A stretch of 64,000 nt of DNA from Clostridia bacterium (GTDB lineage: Bacteria > Bacillota > Clostridia > UBA1381), in contig JAZRMB010000025.1 in the NCBI GenBank assembly GCA_045647245.1, positions 12,285 through 76,284 on the forward strand, given 5' to 3'. Made by a program: the position numbers and the translations under genes. Shown here piece by piece: positions 24,716-35,479 of the stretch. Each line of letters starts with the position of its first letter. Position 1 is the stretch's first letter. The notes beneath the pieces were generated by a model. That model did no database searches. It was not told the DNA's origin and saw nothing but the letters and a program-made list of their open reading frames with translations.

Positions 24716-26239
24716 ATGGCTAAAAAACCAGTTGCATTGCTTATTATGGACGGCTACGGCTTATCGTCTGTTACAGAGGGCAATGCTGTAAAAGCGGCAA
24801 AGACTCCGCGTCTTGATGCAATGTTTTCTGATTATCCCAATACAGTTCTTTATGCAAGCGGTCTTGCAGTAGGACTTCCCGACGGACAGATGGGAAACTC
24901 AGAGGTAGGACATACCAATATCGGTGCAGGAAGAGTCGTATATCAGATGCTTGTTAAGATTTCAAAGGATATCGAGGACGGCGTGTTCTTCTCAAACAAG
25001 GCGCTTTTGGGTGCTATGGAAAACTGTAAGAAGAATGACAGCGCACTCCACCTTTTCGGACTTCTTTCAGATGGTGGCGTACATTCACATATCGGACACC
25101 TTGTAGGTCTTGTTGACATGGCAAGAAAGAACGATGTTAAAAAGGTATTTGTTCACGCATTTTTAGACGGACGTGACGTTTCTCCTACATCGGGCATTGA
25201 TTTTATCAAGGAGCTTGAAGGCGAGCTTGAAAGAATAGGTCTTGGAAAAATTGCAACCGTAATGGGAAGATATTATGCAATGGACAGAGACTTTGCATGG
25301 GACAGAGTTGAAAAGGCATATAACGCAATGGTTATGGGCGAAGGAAACTTTGCCGAGAGTGCGGCTTTGGCTGTTGAAAAGTCATACGCAGAGGGTGTTA
25401 CAGACGAGTTTGTAGTGCCGACTGTTATTGAAAAGGACGGTATGATAGGTGAGAATGACAGCATCGTAAGCTTCAACTTCCGCCCCGACCGTGCAAGACA
25501 GATTACAAGAACCTTTGTTGACCCTGCATTTGACGGCTTTGAGAGAAAGAAGGGCTATTTTAAGAATACATTCGTGTGTATGGCACAGTATGATGCACTT
25601 ATGCCTAATGTAACTGTTGCATATCCGCCCGAAGAGCTTTCAATGACCTTCGGTGAGTATATCAGCAAAAACGGACTTACACAGCTCCGTATTGCAGAAA
25701 CACAAAAGTATGCACACGTTACCTTCTTCTTCAACGGCGGAGAGGAAACACAGTTTGACGGCGAGGAGAGAATTCTTATCCAGTCACCCGATGTTCCGAC
25801 ATTTGATTTAAAGCCCGAAATGAGTGCATATGAGGTTACGGATGCAGTATTAAAGGCAATTGACGAGGATAAATTCGACGTTATAATCTTAAACTATGCA
25901 AACTGCGATATGGTAGGACATACAGGTATTTTTGATGCGGCTGTTGCGGCTGTAGAGGCAGTAGATGAGTGCGTAGGTAAGGTTGTTGATAAAATATTAG
26001 AGCATAACGGAAAGGTTCTTATCACAGCAGACCACGGAAACGCTGATTGCCTTGTAGACCCCGAAACAAAGGGTGTGTTCACTGCTCATACAACAAACCC
26101 CGTTCCGCTTATTGTAATTGGTGAGGGCGATGTTAAATTAAAGCATGGTAAGCTCGGCGATATAGCTCCGACAATGCTTGATATGATGAAGCTTGATAAG
26201 CCGTCGGAAATGACAGGCGAAAGCCTTATCGAAAGATAA
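24716..26239 (+). CDS. gpmI: 2,3-bisphosphoglycerate-independent phosphoglycerate mutase
   Basis: 507 aa with [27 protein letters not shown] and ITADHGNA motifs. Confidence 0.95.
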   Translation: MAKKPVALLIMDGYGLSSVTEGNAVKAAKTPRLDAMFSDYPNTVLYASGLAVGLPDGQMGNSEVGHTNIGAGRVVYQMLVKISKDIEDGVFFSNKALLGAMENCKKNDSALHLFGLLSDGGVHSHIGHLVGLVDMARKNDVKKVFVHAFLDGRDVSPTSGIDFIKELEGELERIGLGKIATVMGRYYAMDRDFAWDRVEKAYNAMVMGEGNFAESAALAVEKSYAEGVTDEFVVPTVIEKDGMIGENDSIVSFNFRPDRARQITRTFVDPAFDGFERKKGYFKNTFVCMAQYDALMPNVTVAYPPEELSMTFGEYISKNGLTQLRIAETQKYAHVTFFFNGGEETQFDGEERILIQSPDVPTFDLKPEMSAYEVTDAVLKAIDEDKFDVIILNYANCDMVGHTGIFDAAVAAVEAVDECVGKVVDKILEHNGKVLITADHGNADCLVDPETKGVFTAHTTNPVPLIVIGEGDVKLKHGKLGDIAPTMLDMMKLDKPSEMTGESLIER

Positions 26240-26244
26240 TCCTG

Positions 26245-27030
26245 ATGGACGAAAGATTAGACGCCGGAATTATCAGGAAAGTACTTGGTGATGCTTCGGA
26301 GGATATTGATATAATTTTGCTTGATAGTGTGGATTCAACAAACACTTATGCAAAAAGAATAGCCGACGGAACAATGCGCCTTGTTACGGCACAATACCAG
26401 AGTGCAGGGCGGGGAAGACTTGGAAGAAGCTTCTTCTCACCCGACGGTAAAGGAATATATATGAGTCTTTCTCTCCCGATTAAGGGGGAGAAGGACCCTG
26501 TAATATACACCGTCATTGCGGCTGTTGCGGCGGCAAGGGTTATTGAGAAGGTATCAGATAAAGAGCCGAAAATCAAATGGGTAAATGATGTTTTTTGCTC
26601 GGGGAAAAAGGTTTGCGGAATTTTGTGCGAGGGAATTATAAATGCACAAAAAGGAAGCCTTGATGAGGTGATTGTCGGGATTGGTATGAATCTTTACACC
26701 AAAGAACAAGACTTTCCGGATGAAATATCCCAAATTGCATCATCTGTATTCCCGAAGGATGTAACGAGAAGTGAAATAATAGGTATACTGTGCAGGGAAA
26801 TTATAGGAATTTTCCAAGGTTCAGATATTTGTGAAATAATTTCAGAATATAAAAGCCGTCTTTTTATTCTCGGAAAAAGAATAAAGTTTACCAGAAACGG
26901 CGAAGAATATGAAGCTGTTGCATCAGATGTAAATGAAAAAGGCAATCTCGTGGTGATTACCGATGAAGGCGAAGAGGTACTATCATCAGGCGAAATCACA
27001 CTTGGCAGCGGATGTTATACTGATGCGTGA
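26245..27030 (+). CDS. birA: biotin--[acetyl-CoA-carboxylase] ligase (no N-terminal HTH)
   Basis: QSAGRGRLGRSFFSP and KWVNDVF ... KVCGIL motifs of BPL_LplA_LipB ligases. Confidence 0.85.
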   Translation: MDERLDAGIIRKVLGDASEDIDIILLDSVDSTNTYAKRIADGTMRLVTAQYQSAGRGRLGRSFFSPDGKGIYMSLSLPIKGEKDPVIYTVIAAVAAARVIEKVSDKEPKIKWVNDVFCSGKKVCGILCEGIINAQKGSLDEVIVGIGMNLYTKEQDFPDEISQIASSVFPKDVTRSEIIGILCREIIGIFQGSDICEIISEYKSRLFILGKRIKFTRNGEEYEAVASDVNEKGNLVVITDEGEEVLSSGEITLGSGCYTDA

Positions 27031-27106
27031 CAGTGGGGGCGTACATTTTTTGTCACCTTTTCAAACAAGCCAAAAGATTATTAAAAATAAAGAAATTATA
27101 AAAAAT

Positions 27107-27165
27107 AAAACTGCTTTATGTGAAGGTATCGAATAAGATACAGTCGGATAAAGCAGTTTTTTTAT
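27107..27165. terminator. bidirectional terminator between birA and noc
   Basis: aaaactgctttat ... ataaagcagtttt stem, flanked by an A-run upstream and a T-run downstream. Confidence 0.65.
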
Positions 27166-27183
27166 TTAGGTAATCAAGTTTTG

Positions 27184-27984
27184 TTACTCAGCGGTTTTGA
27201 CGGTTATTTTATATTCTATACCCCAATCGTATTCGTGCTTTTCCATGTCGCAGGGTGCACCTGACTCCTTTATCAACTCAATGGCACGTTTGACGGTGTT
27301 TGTAAACATACGGAAATCACTCCGGCTTGTGACCTTTATGCTTCTGTGGGCTTTTTTATGCTCGGCTTTGAGCATTGAGTGAATAAGGTCCTCGCTTTGT
27401 ACCACATTGAGTCTTTTTACGCAGATTTCTTTTGCGGCTTTAAGCTGTTGCTCTTCGTCTGAAAGATGCAAAAGAGCTCTTGCATGACGCTCGGTAAGGG
27501 AATATTCACGAATCAGCCTCTTTACTCTCGGAGAAAGTCTTAAAAGTCGTATCTTATTAGCGACGGTTGATTGTGATTTACCAAGCTTTTGCGCTAATTC
27601 CTCTTGCGTAAAGCCCATATCCTGAATGAGATTGCGATAACATTCGGCAACCTCGAAAAAGCATAAATCCTCACGTTGCAGATTTTCTAAAAGTGCAATG
27701 AGAGCTGATTTTTCTTCGTCTGCGTTGATAATTATGGCAGGAATGGTATCAAGCCCTGCAATTTCTGCAGCTCGATATCTTCGCTCGCCCGCTACAATTT
27801 CAAACCCGTCAAAGACCTTTCTTACGGTTATCGGCTGAATAACACCGAATTCCTCGATTGACCGTGAAAGCTCTTCAAGGCTTATGGTATCAAAATATTT
27901 TCTTGGCTGATTCGGGTTGGGGCGGATTGCGTACAGCGGCAGGCTGTAAACCCTTGTTAGCCCGTCAGTTTTTTTCTTAAACAT
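27184..27984 (-). CDS. noc: ParB-family nucleoid occlusion protein (Noc-like)
   Basis: IRPNPNQPRKYFD, VIQPITVRK and IVAGERRYRAA ParB boxes, with HTH FTQEELAQKLGKSQSTVANKIRLL. Start taken at Met31 of the tracked ORF (MFKKK). Confidence 0.8.
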   Translation of the reverse strand: MFKKKTDGLTRVYSLPLYAIRPNPNQPRKYFDTISLEELSRSIEEFGVIQPITVRKVFDGFEIVAGERRYRAAEIAGLDTIPAIIINADEEKSALIALLENLQREDLCFFEVAECYRNLIQDMGFTQEELAQKLGKSQSTVANKIRLLRLSPRVKRLIREYSLTERHARALLHLSDEEQQLKAAKEICVKRLNVVQSEDLIHSMLKAEHKKAHRSIKVTSRSDFRMFTNTVKRAIELIKESGAPCDMEKHEYDWGIEYKITVKTAE

Positions 27985-28194
27985 CAGTTGCACAGAAAAC
28001 ACCTCTTTTTCTTGTGTAGACACCCGGTAAGGTGGAAGGTGTAAGGCGGCTGAAAGAGGTCGGGGGTCACACACCGCAAAATTGGGAGCTACGGTATGTA
28101 TAAAGTCCTAATTCCTCCGCCTTACAAATCCATTATAACACAGTATTCCAAAAAAGAAAGCATTTTTGTACGACAGTTTTCGACATAAAAATCG

Positions 28195-28926
28195 TTATTT
28201 TACACGTTTCTTCAAATTATAACATCCTCCGATAGGGGATTTTGCCGCAATTCCCGGTTTTCTCGGATATTGCATCGGAGTTTGTCTTACTTTTTTTACA
28301 ATAATTATCTTATGGTTGAGGTCTGTGAAGGGAATTTCGGCAGAAAATACGCCTTCAACCTTACCTCCGAGTATTTCAATCGCTTTTTTTGCGGCGGAAA
28401 GCTCCTCGTCGGCAAGTGGCCCTTTTAGTGCGAGGAAGTATCCGCCTACCTTTAAAAAGGGAAGACATAACTCTGAAAGCACCGTCATATTTGCAACGGC
28501 ACGTGACACTACGGTGTCAAATGATTCACGCATCATACGTGCACCATCTTCAGCACGCTGATGAACCGTTGTAACACCTGAAAGACCAAGCGCGTCTTTG
28601 ACTGTATTTAAGAAGGTAAGCCTCTTTGCAAGTGAGTCAAGAAGGGTTAGTTCGATTTCAGGGTTCATTATTTTAAGAACAAGCCCGGGAAAGCCCGCAC
28701 CGCATCCGACATCTATAACCTTTCCTGAAACCTTATCTGTTAAAAGTGCAGTCATACTGTCTAAAAAATGCTTGGTTGCTATTCCCTCATCATCGCATAT
28801 TGCGGTAAGGTTCATTTTTTCGTTCCATTCCTTCAGCATATCGGAATATGTGCATAGTTGCACGATTTTTTCGCTGTCGCAGTCAATTCCGAGTTGCATG
28901 GTTCCGTTTTTAATAATATCAATCAT
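28195..28926 (-). CDS. rsmG: 16S rRNA (guanine527-N7)-methyltransferase
   Basis: VIDVGCGAGFPGLVLKI SAM motif and NLTAI ... HFLDS pattern. Start taken at Met48 of the tracked ORF (MIDIIKNG). Confidence 0.9.
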   Translation of the reverse strand: MIDIIKNGTMQLGIDCDSEKIVQLCTYSDMLKEWNEKMNLTAICDDEGIATKHFLDSMTALLTDKVSGKVIDVGCGAGFPGLVLKIMNPEIELTLLDSLAKRLTFLNTVKDALGLSGVTTVHQRAEDGARMMRESFDTVVSRAVANMTVLSELCLPFLKVGGYFLALKGPLADEELSAAKKAIEILGGKVEGVFSAEIPFTDLNHKIIIVKKVRQTPMQYPRKPGIAAKSPIGGCYNLKKRVK

Positions 28927-29025
28927 TGGTAAATTTCCTTTCGTATTTATTATTAAACATAATTGCAAATTAGCATATAATGTGTTATAATAACAGCACA
29001 TTATAATAATTGGGGGAATTACAGT

Positions 29026-29244
29026 ATGTATCGTAATATAGGTGATGCGATTAAGTATTATCGGCAAAAATTGGGAGTAAGCAGGGCAATGCTTGCCGAG
29101 AAACTCGGCGTGAGTGAAATGACCGTTTCAAATTATGAAAACGGCGTAACAACTCCTGATATGGAAAAAGTTGTAACAATGGCACACTACTTTTGTTGTA
29201 CCACAGATGAGCTTTTGTCCTTTTCGCCGCTACTTCGCAGGTAA
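29026..29244 (+). CDS. XRE-family helix-turn-helix regulator
   Basis: IKYYRQKLGVSRAMLAEKLGVSEMTVSNYENG is a classic Cro/C1 HTH. Confidence 0.8.
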   Translation: MYRNIGDAIKYYRQKLGVSRAMLAEKLGVSEMTVSNYENGVTTPDMEKVVTMAHYFCCTTDELLSFSPLLRR

Positions 29245-29382
29245 ACTATATAAATATGATACATTTTTTTTATGGTTGTGTCAATAGCAAATAAAGAATA
29301 ATGTATAGCTTTTTGTGTTAAATACACATATTGATAGCACGAAAAATGTGGAAAAATTAATAGATGTCATCTTTAAATTTGC

Positions 29383-29411
29383 TTGACAAGATGGTATGTG
29401 TGTGATATAAT
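29383..29411 (+). promoter_or_regulatory. consensus sigma-A promoter of the SLH protein gene
   Basis: TTGACA (29383-29388), 17 nt spacer, TATAAT (29406-29411). Confidence 0.6.
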
Positions 29412-29464
29412 TGGAATAAGTAGTTTAGTGTTTTTATATTAGAATAAATAGGAGGTAAAACAGC

Positions 29465-31522
29465 ATGAAAAAATCAAAGATTTCACTGTTTGCGGCGCTT
29501 ACACTTGTAGCGTCTATGTTAATGAGCACAATGACAGCATTCGCAGAAACACCTGAAGTGGCAAAGGTTGACAGCTATGCCGATGTAGGGGAAAATCACT
29601 GGGCATATCCGTGGGTTACTTTTATGACAAATGAGGGATATATACACGGTTATCCGGCGGCAGAAAATGAAGGATTGGAGGTTTACAAGCCTGATCAGAA
29701 CATCACAAGAGCAGAGTTTGTTACAATTCTTTACTTTATGCTTAATCCGTCTGCTGATATGACACAGAGCTTTACTGACGTTTCTGTTGATGACTGGTTC
29801 TATAACTACATCAGCAAAGCGGTAGGAACCGGCTATATGTCAGGTTATGGAGACGGTACGGTTGGTCCGAACAGATTTATTACAAGAGAAGAAGCATCTT
29901 CAATTGTTTACCGTGCATTCAAGATTGATAAGTATGTGAATGAGACTCATTTCTCTGATGAGGCTGATATCAGCCCTTGGGCACATGAGGCAATTATGTC
30001 ACTTGCTGAGCTTGGTGTAGTTGTTGGTTATACAGGCGAGGAAGAATCGCTTGCAAAGATTCAGCCTAAGGTAAACATTAAGAGAGCTGAGGTTGCATCA
30101 CTTCTTGCAAATGCAGATAAGTTCTATCCCACTTCTGTAATCCTTTCAGATGAAGCAATAGTTTCATATAAGGATGGTGAAGGTGCTGAGGCTTCAATTA
30201 TTGCAAAGCCGAAGAATACATCTGATGAACTTAATGTTGCTGTAGCTGTTGAGCCTGAAGCTAATATGCAGATTGTTTATACGATTGCAGGTGAAGAAAA
30301 GACTGTAACGCCAGCGGAGCTTGCAGGTACTGAATTTACAGCAGAGCAGGTAAGAGACGCAAACTTCAAGTTTGTATTCCCCGATGCTAAGCCGGGTGAT
30401 AAGTATACAGTTACTGTTACTGTAACAGATAATGCAATTGAGGGCGAGGATAAGACAGTAGGTCAGAAGATTTATGAGATTGTAGTTCCTGATGAGACAG
30501 ATGTTCCGACACCCACACCGACTCCTACTCCGACACCATCAACGGGTGGTTCAATTTCGGGTGGACACAGCGGTCCTGTAATTCCTACCTATAAAGTAAC
30601 ATTTATGGATATGAATGATAATGTTCTTTCAACAGAAAATGTTAAAGAGGGTGGAAAGATATCAAAGGCTCCTGTTCGTGGCGGAGACGAAGATGTTGAT
30701 ACTCCGTACGTGTGGTATACTGATAAGAGCAAATCTCAGGTTTTTGATATAACTACAGAGACAATAACTGCAGCAGTTACAATCTATACAGAAGTTGTTT
30801 ACCGTGACCGTGTTGTAGAAGCACTTCAGGCTTATCAGGCAATGAAGGGTAAGACAGGAGCAACTGTAGTTGCTGAAAAGATTGCAGCAGATAACGACGG
30901 ACTTAAGAGCGGAAAAGCTTATGATAAAGCTACTAACAAGTGGTGGACAAAGGATATGCTCAGCATAATCGTTGCAAACGACCTTAACAAGCTTAATGAC
31001 AAGGGTACGCTTTCTGCTGATGATGATATTGTAGACGAAAGTAAAGCCGTTGCTGCTATTTATGATGATGTGGCAAGATATGTTGTAGATAACTCAAAGG
31101 CTCCACTTGAATTTGCAATTGCTACTGTGGATGCAAACTCAAAGATTAAGTATATAGAGTTCTTCCGTGCGATGGTTAATACTATTGACAGTGCACTTGA
31201 GATTGCTGTTCAGGAGTACACAAAAGCTTTTGATGCAGGGGATATACCGGCAAAGGATGCATATGATGCATTTATTGCAGGTGCTGTAGAGGGGGCTGCT
31301 TCTGGTCTTAATAAGGCAATAGAAAGTATGTCACTTCCGACAGCTGACAAAAATGAGATTATCAGACTTGCAATCGCTTATGTAACAGATCTTACTACAA
31401 ATGCAGGCGAACTTGATGGAATTAAGAATACACTTGCTACTATAGATTTTAGCGTGCTTTCTAAAGAAGAAGCAATAGATAAGGTTGCAGAATTGATAGT
31501 TGCAAAGCGTATATACAACTAA
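29465..31522 (+). CDS. secreted S-layer-homology (SLH) domain surface protein
   Basis: Signal peptide ending AFA-ET. Three SLH repeats (YADVGENHWAYPWV..., FTDVSVDDWFYNYI..., FSDEADISPWAHEAI...). PTPTPTPTPTP linker. Confidence 0.85.
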   Translation: MKKSKISLFAALTLVASMLMSTMTAFAETPEVAKVDSYADVGENHWAYPWVTFMTNEGYIHGYPAAENEGLEVYKPDQNITRAEFVTILYFMLNPSADMTQSFTDVSVDDWFYNYISKAVGTGYMSGYGDGTVGPNRFITREEASSIVYRAFKIDKYVNETHFSDEADISPWAHEAIMSLAELGVVVGYTGEEESLAKIQPKVNIKRAEVASLLANADKFYPTSVILSDEAIVSYKDGEGAEASIIAKPKNTSDELNVAVAVEPEANMQIVYTIAGEEKTVTPAELAGTEFTAEQVRDANFKFVFPDAKPGDKYTVTVTVTDNAIEGEDKTVGQKIYEIVVPDETDVPTPTPTPTPTPSTGGSISGGHSGPVIPTYKVTFMDMNDNVLSTENVKEGGKISKAPVRGGDEDVDTPYVWYTDKSKSQVFDITTETITAAVTIYTEVVYRDRVVEALQAYQAMKGKTGATVVAEKIAADNDGLKSGKAYDKATNKWWTKDMLSIIVANDLNKLNDKGTLSADDDIVDESKAVAAIYDDVARYVVDNSKAPLEFAIATVDANSKIKYIEFFRAMVNTIDSALEIAVQEYTKAFDAGDIPAKDAYDAFIAGAVEGAASGLNKAIESMSLPTADKNEIIRLAIAYVTDLTTNAGELDGIKNTLATIDFSVLSKEEAIDKVAELIVAKRIYN

Positions 31523-31546
31523 TCGTAGTTTTATATGAAATGAATA

Positions 31547-31574
31547 AAACGGCGGAATTTCCGCCGTTTTATTG
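31547..31574 (+). terminator. rho-independent terminator
   Basis: aaaacggcgg-aattt-ccgccgtttt followed by a T-run. Confidence 0.8.
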
Positions 31575-31842
31575 ACTCTTTATCAAGAGTTGGGGTGAAA
31601 AAGCCTGAAAAGGAATTTTGAGGTAGTGTAGAGATATCTATGCTACCTCTTTTTCGATGTTTATATTTTGGCTCTATAATATATGTTGGGGTGTCCAACA
31701 AATAGAGCTTGAAAAAATCGAAATATGTTTAGAAATATTAGCAAGATAATGCATCTGACCAAATTGCAAAGAACCTTTTTATTTAACGTGGTATATTACA
31801 CAGCTTCCATAAAAAAGAACTTTAAAGCGGATTTGGATTTAT

Positions 31843-31869
31843 AAAAAAAGAACGCGAAAGCGTTCTTTT
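31843..31869 (-). terminator. rho-independent terminator of the zinc-ribbon gene
   Basis: Minus-strand aagaacgc-tttc-gcgttctt followed by uuuuuu. Confidence 0.65.
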
Positions 31870-31952
31870 GTATACATTTTTATGTATTGCGGTGATACTT
31901 TATTAATAATAATAGGATTCAAAACCTTCCCGGTGCGATTCAGTGCAGGGAA

Positions 31953-32219
31953 TTATTTGTGTTTTTCAAAGCACTCACTGCAGTATACCGGTTTGTCGTT
32001 CTTCGGCATAAAGGGCACTTTGTCAACCTTGCCGCAATCAGCGCAAACTATTTCATAAAATTCTCTTTGTCTCTGCGAATTCTTTCTCGCCTGACGGCAT
32101 TCGCGACAACGTGTAGGCTCGTTCTGGAAGCCTTTCTCTGCATAAAATTCCTGTTCTCCTGCTGTAAAGACGAACTCAGCTCCGCAATCTTTACATACAA
32201 GTGTCTTGTCTTCGTACAT
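31953..32219 (-). CDS. zinc-ribbon protein (two CxxC...CxxC knuckle pairs)
   Basis: MYEDKTLVCKDCGAEFVFTAGEQEFY...CRECRQ ... CADCGK ... CSECF. Start at Met22 of the tracked ORF. Confidence 0.6.
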   Translation of the reverse strand: MYEDKTLVCKDCGAEFVFTAGEQEFYAEKGFQNEPTRCRECRQARKNSQRQREFYEIVCADCGKVDKVPFMPKNDKPVYCSECFEKHK

Positions 32220-32313
32220 AATAAATTCCCTCACTTTGATTTTTTTTATATTTCTTTTCCGCCCGATGGGATTTGCACCCATATCGTATCACCGACTTCT
32301 TATACAGACGGAT

Positions 32314-32922
32314 TTAATCATTGTTTTTGCAAAGTAAAAATAACAGCTTTTTCTTAATGCGATAAAGAGCATTATCGATTGACTTCGGATCCTTTCCCAC
32401 TATTGCGGCAATTTCGTTATAAGACATACCGTCAAGGTAACAAAAAAGCACCCTTAGTTCAAACTTACTCAATACGCGATTGATTTTTAAAGAGATGCTG
32501 TGGCGGTATTCCTTGTCAAGAATAACAGAGAGAGGCTCTTCTACTTCGGGGGCAAGCGGTGATTGCTCGGTTTCCTTGTCAGAAAGGGATACATAAGAAT
32601 TAAGCGGAAGATGCTTTTTTCTTGTGGAGGCTTTTACGGCAGAAATAATCTGTCTTTTAACACAGGTTGCCGCAAATGCACCGAAGCTGCTTTCAGCCTT
32701 TTTGTCATAGCCCTGTATGGCTTTGTAAAGACCGATCATTCCCTCTTGAACAATATCATCCGTTTCTCCGCCGTTTACAAAATAGTTGCCTGCCGTCTTA
32801 TAGACAAGATTTCTGTATCTTGCCATAAGATGATTAAGCGCCGTTTCGTTTCCATGCTTTGCAAGCTCAACTACTTCCTCGTCCGATAATCGGCAGAGTG
32901 TTTTCTCGGTATATTCTTCCAT
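32314..32922 (-). CDS. sigH: sporulation-initiation sigma factor SigH
   Basis: LMARYRNLVYKTAGNYF...DDIVQEGMIGLYKAIQGYD...FGAFAATCVKRQIISAVKASTRKKH and C-terminal LDGMSYNEIA...KSIDNALYRIKKKL are the sigma-70 region 2/4 SigH pattern. Confidence 0.85.
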   Translation of the reverse strand: MEEYTEKTLCRLSDEEVVELAKHGNETALNHLMARYRNLVYKTAGNYFVNGGETDDIVQEGMIGLYKAIQGYDKKAESSFGAFAATCVKRQIISAVKASTRKKHLPLNSYVSLSDKETEQSPLAPEVEEPLSVILDKEYRHSISLKINRVLSKFELRVLFCYLDGMSYNEIAAIVGKDPKSIDNALYRIKKKLLFLLCKNND

Positions 32923-33180
32923 CTCACATTTCTCCGGTTAAGTATTTTGTTGAATTGACACCGATGAATAAACTGCAATACTTAAAATTGCACGTATTTT
33001 CTTCACATATACAATATACAAATTATATCATCTGCGGTAGAATTTGTCAATACTTCAATAGGTATATTCTACAAAAATGACATATAACAGGAATTTATGT
33101 TGTGCAATATATCATATATTTTGTAAGAATATATCGAAAAATGACAGTAGCGCATATTGAGTGTCGCTACTGTCATTCTA

Positions 33181-33582
33181 TTACAGCGAGCTTCGGTATT
33201 TCCCCGGGGGGATATCCTCGTACTTTTTAAATATTCTTATAAATGTTCTGCTGTCGCTGTAGCCTACCATTCTTGAAATGGTATTTAAGTTATGGTCAGC
33301 AGTATTTAAAAGCTCCTTTGCCTTTTTGATACGGTACTTGTTTATATATTCGTTTATGCCGATTCCGAACTGCTCCTTGAATTTAGTAGAAACATATGAG
33401 CGGCTCATGCCGAGCATATCGGCAATTGACGATACTCCGAGGTTTATGTCGGAATAGTTTTCTTCTATACAATCAAGTATTGAATCTGAAATCTTGTTTG
33501 CCTTACTGCTTGCAAAGCTTTCGGTAACAAGTTTCAGAATATCGGTTATAATAAGATATGATTTCTTCCATATCCTCCTGAT
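33181..33582 (-). pseudogene. AraC-type HTH domain reading frame without a usable start (frameshifted C-terminus of the upstream sensor gene)
   Basis: The frame is open from 33582 to 33181. It encodes ...ILDCIEENYSDINLGVSSIADMLGMSRSYVSTKFKEQFGIGINEYINKYRIKKAKELL...MVGYSDSRTFIRIFKKY, a complete two-HTH AraC domain. The first ATG (33417) lies inside HTH-1. The frame overlaps the last 26 codons of ORF 33503-35479, offset by one nucleotide. Confidence 0.65.
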
Positions 33583-35479
33583 TTATTATGCGGCGCAGAA
33601 TATCATCTATGGATGCAGGAAGTATATCTGTGATGTTTTTCTTATCAAGCAGACTGCCAATAGTGCTCATTATATTGCAGGCTTTTGTTTTGGTCAGTTG
33701 GAGGAATGTAACGTCACTTTCTGAAGATGGCGGAAACAATTCCGAAATAATTGATATAGCGGCATCAAGATTGCCTATTTCAACAAAATTTATAAGCCGC
33801 TGCTCAATTTCGGCTGTGTACTGATATTCTGCCAAAAGTCCCTTTTCCTTCTGCTTTGCATCGCTGTATGTGACAATGCAAGGAGCGTTTTGGTGCTCAT
33901 TGCAGGAAAGAGCACTTTTTGTCTGAATATATGCGAGAGACAGATTATTTGCTCCGACAACAGAGTTGCTTACTGCAAGCTTTAAAAATACTGTAAGCTT
34001 TTGTTCAAAGAAATCACATAAGAATTCACAAAGCTCAATTGTGTTTTTGTATTTTTCTTCGCTGTTTTCGGCAGGGAAGGATATAATAAAGCATATTCCG
34101 CTGTCAAAGTTTACAGTGTGAATTTCAATGTGCAGTACCTCTTTTGCGTATTCTTCGCATACATTTTTTACTGCAAAGAGTATTGTATCGAGCTTTTTAG
34201 CCTCATCCGTATCAGGGGGCATATCGTCAAAGAGTGAATCGTATGAGTCCACAACACAGTTTATTACAAAAAAACCGTTTCCACCGAAGTCTATATTATG
34301 AATTTTAAGGTTGTTTTCTATGACCTTATCGGAAAGGGTACTGCTTGTTAAAAGCTTGGTTAAAAACTCATTTGTGATTATGCGGTTTTGCTGTTCAAGC
34401 TTTGATGTGGCATTTCTGTTTTCCGACTGCATCTTTTCGATTGAATATTTAACTACATCATATTCATTCGCAAGATTATCACTGCTGACGGTATCTCGAA
34501 GTGTGTCGAGTATATTTTCAATCGGTGAATATTGAATTTTTATATACCTTGATATGACGATTATCCCTAAAAGTGCCGTCAGGATAATGACCGCTACGCA
34601 GGTCATATTGAGCGTATTTATATTTTTTGAATATCTGCTGTGCTCGAAAAGACATACAAGCTTATAGTTGTTGTCAAGGTATTTTGTGTTCACATCAAAT
34701 CTCTTATCCTTAAGCTTAATTGAATCCTCGTTACCTGCAAGCTTTAATGTTTCCAAAAGCTTGTTGTCTATGTTAAATGAGGACATTGCAATCCTTTCGT
34801 TCTGGTCAAGCACCGCATATTTAAAATCAATTTTATCCTGGATATTCAATGCTATCGCATTTTCGTTGATGTTTGTAATAAGTGTTGCGGTCGACTGTGC
34901 AGGTCCTGACGGGAATCGGTATATGGAAAGAAGCAGAGATTTTCCTTCACTGCCGGTAAGTCGCACGAAATTGTCACGTCCGGTGCTTATACTGTTAAAC
35001 CAGTCGCTGTATTCGGAGCCGATGTCGATGTTGAATGTATCAAAATAGTTTTTAGGTTGATATACACCGGTGTTTGAAACTATTATATCAAGATTGTTGA
35101 AGTAGATATAAAAGTCATTCTTCGCGGCTATGTTCTGATTATACTTTGATATCTCCTTTGAGAGGGATAAAAAGGTATAATACTCACTTCCCGAGCTGTA
35201 GGATGAAAGATTAAGACAGCTTAGGAATGAGGGAGAGTGTGAAACGAAATTTATATAGCTTGTATTATCGTTTAAAATTGTATTTATATTTTGCGTTACC
35301 GAGCTTATCATCAACTCGTTCTGGTAATCTATATTCTTTTCGGTTATGTTGTTTGAAAGAAAATAGAAGGAGGAGAGAAACACAATCGGTATCAGCAACG
35401 TGGCAACATATGAAACAAGCCATGTTTTTACAATACTTTTTCTGAAAATATCACTTTTTAGTATTTCCTTGAGTTTCAC
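33503..35479 (-). CDS. membrane-anchored extracytoplasmic sensor portion of an AraC-type regulator
   Basis: 658 aa. It has an N-terminal TM helix (TWLVSYVATLLIPIVFLSSFYFL), a roughly 270-aa extracytoplasmic region, a second TM helix (CVAVIILTALLGIIVI), then a cytoplasmic domain. It ends exactly where the AraC HTH frame begins. Confidence 0.7.
   Translation of the reverse strand: MKLKEILKSDIFRKSIVKTWLVSYVATLLIPIVFLSSFYFLSNNITEKNIDYQNELMISSVTQNINTILNDNTSYINFVSHSPSFLSCLNLSSYSSGSEYYTFLSLSKEISKYNQNIAAKNDFYIYFNNLDIIVSNTGVYQPKNYFDTFNIDIGSEYSDWFNSISTGRDNFVRLTGSEGKSLLLSIYRFPSGPAQSTATLITNINENAIALNIQDKIDFKYAVLDQNERIAMSSFNIDNKLLETLKLAGNEDSIKLKDKRFDVNTKYLDNNYKLVCLFEHSRYSKNINTLNMTCVAVIILTALLGIIVISRYIKIQYSPIENILDTLRDTVSSDNLANEYDVVKYSIEKMQSENRNATSKLEQQNRIITNEFLTKLLTSSTLSDKVIENNLKIHNIDFGGNGFFVINCVVDSYDSLFDDMPPDTDEAKKLDTILFAVKNVCEEYAKEVLHIEIHTVNFDSGICFIISFPAENSEEKYKNTIELCEFLCDFFEQKLTVFLKLAVSNSVVGANNLSLAYIQTKSALSCNEHQNAPCIVTYSDAKQKEKGLLAEYQYTAEIEQRLINFVEIGNLDAAISIISELFPPSSESDVTFLQLTKTKACNIMSTIGSLLDKKNITDILPASIDDILRRIINQEDMEEIISYYNRYSETCYRKLCKQ

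Noticed and set aside
30505-30545. PT-repeat and Gly-repeat coding tracts (30505-30545, 48900-48950, 50320-50380) considered as DNA-level tandem repeats.
   Set aside because: They translate to inter-domain linkers (PTPTPTPTP, GSGGGSGGVGGGGGGGS) inside intact ORFs. They are ordinary low-complexity linkers, not independent repeat features.
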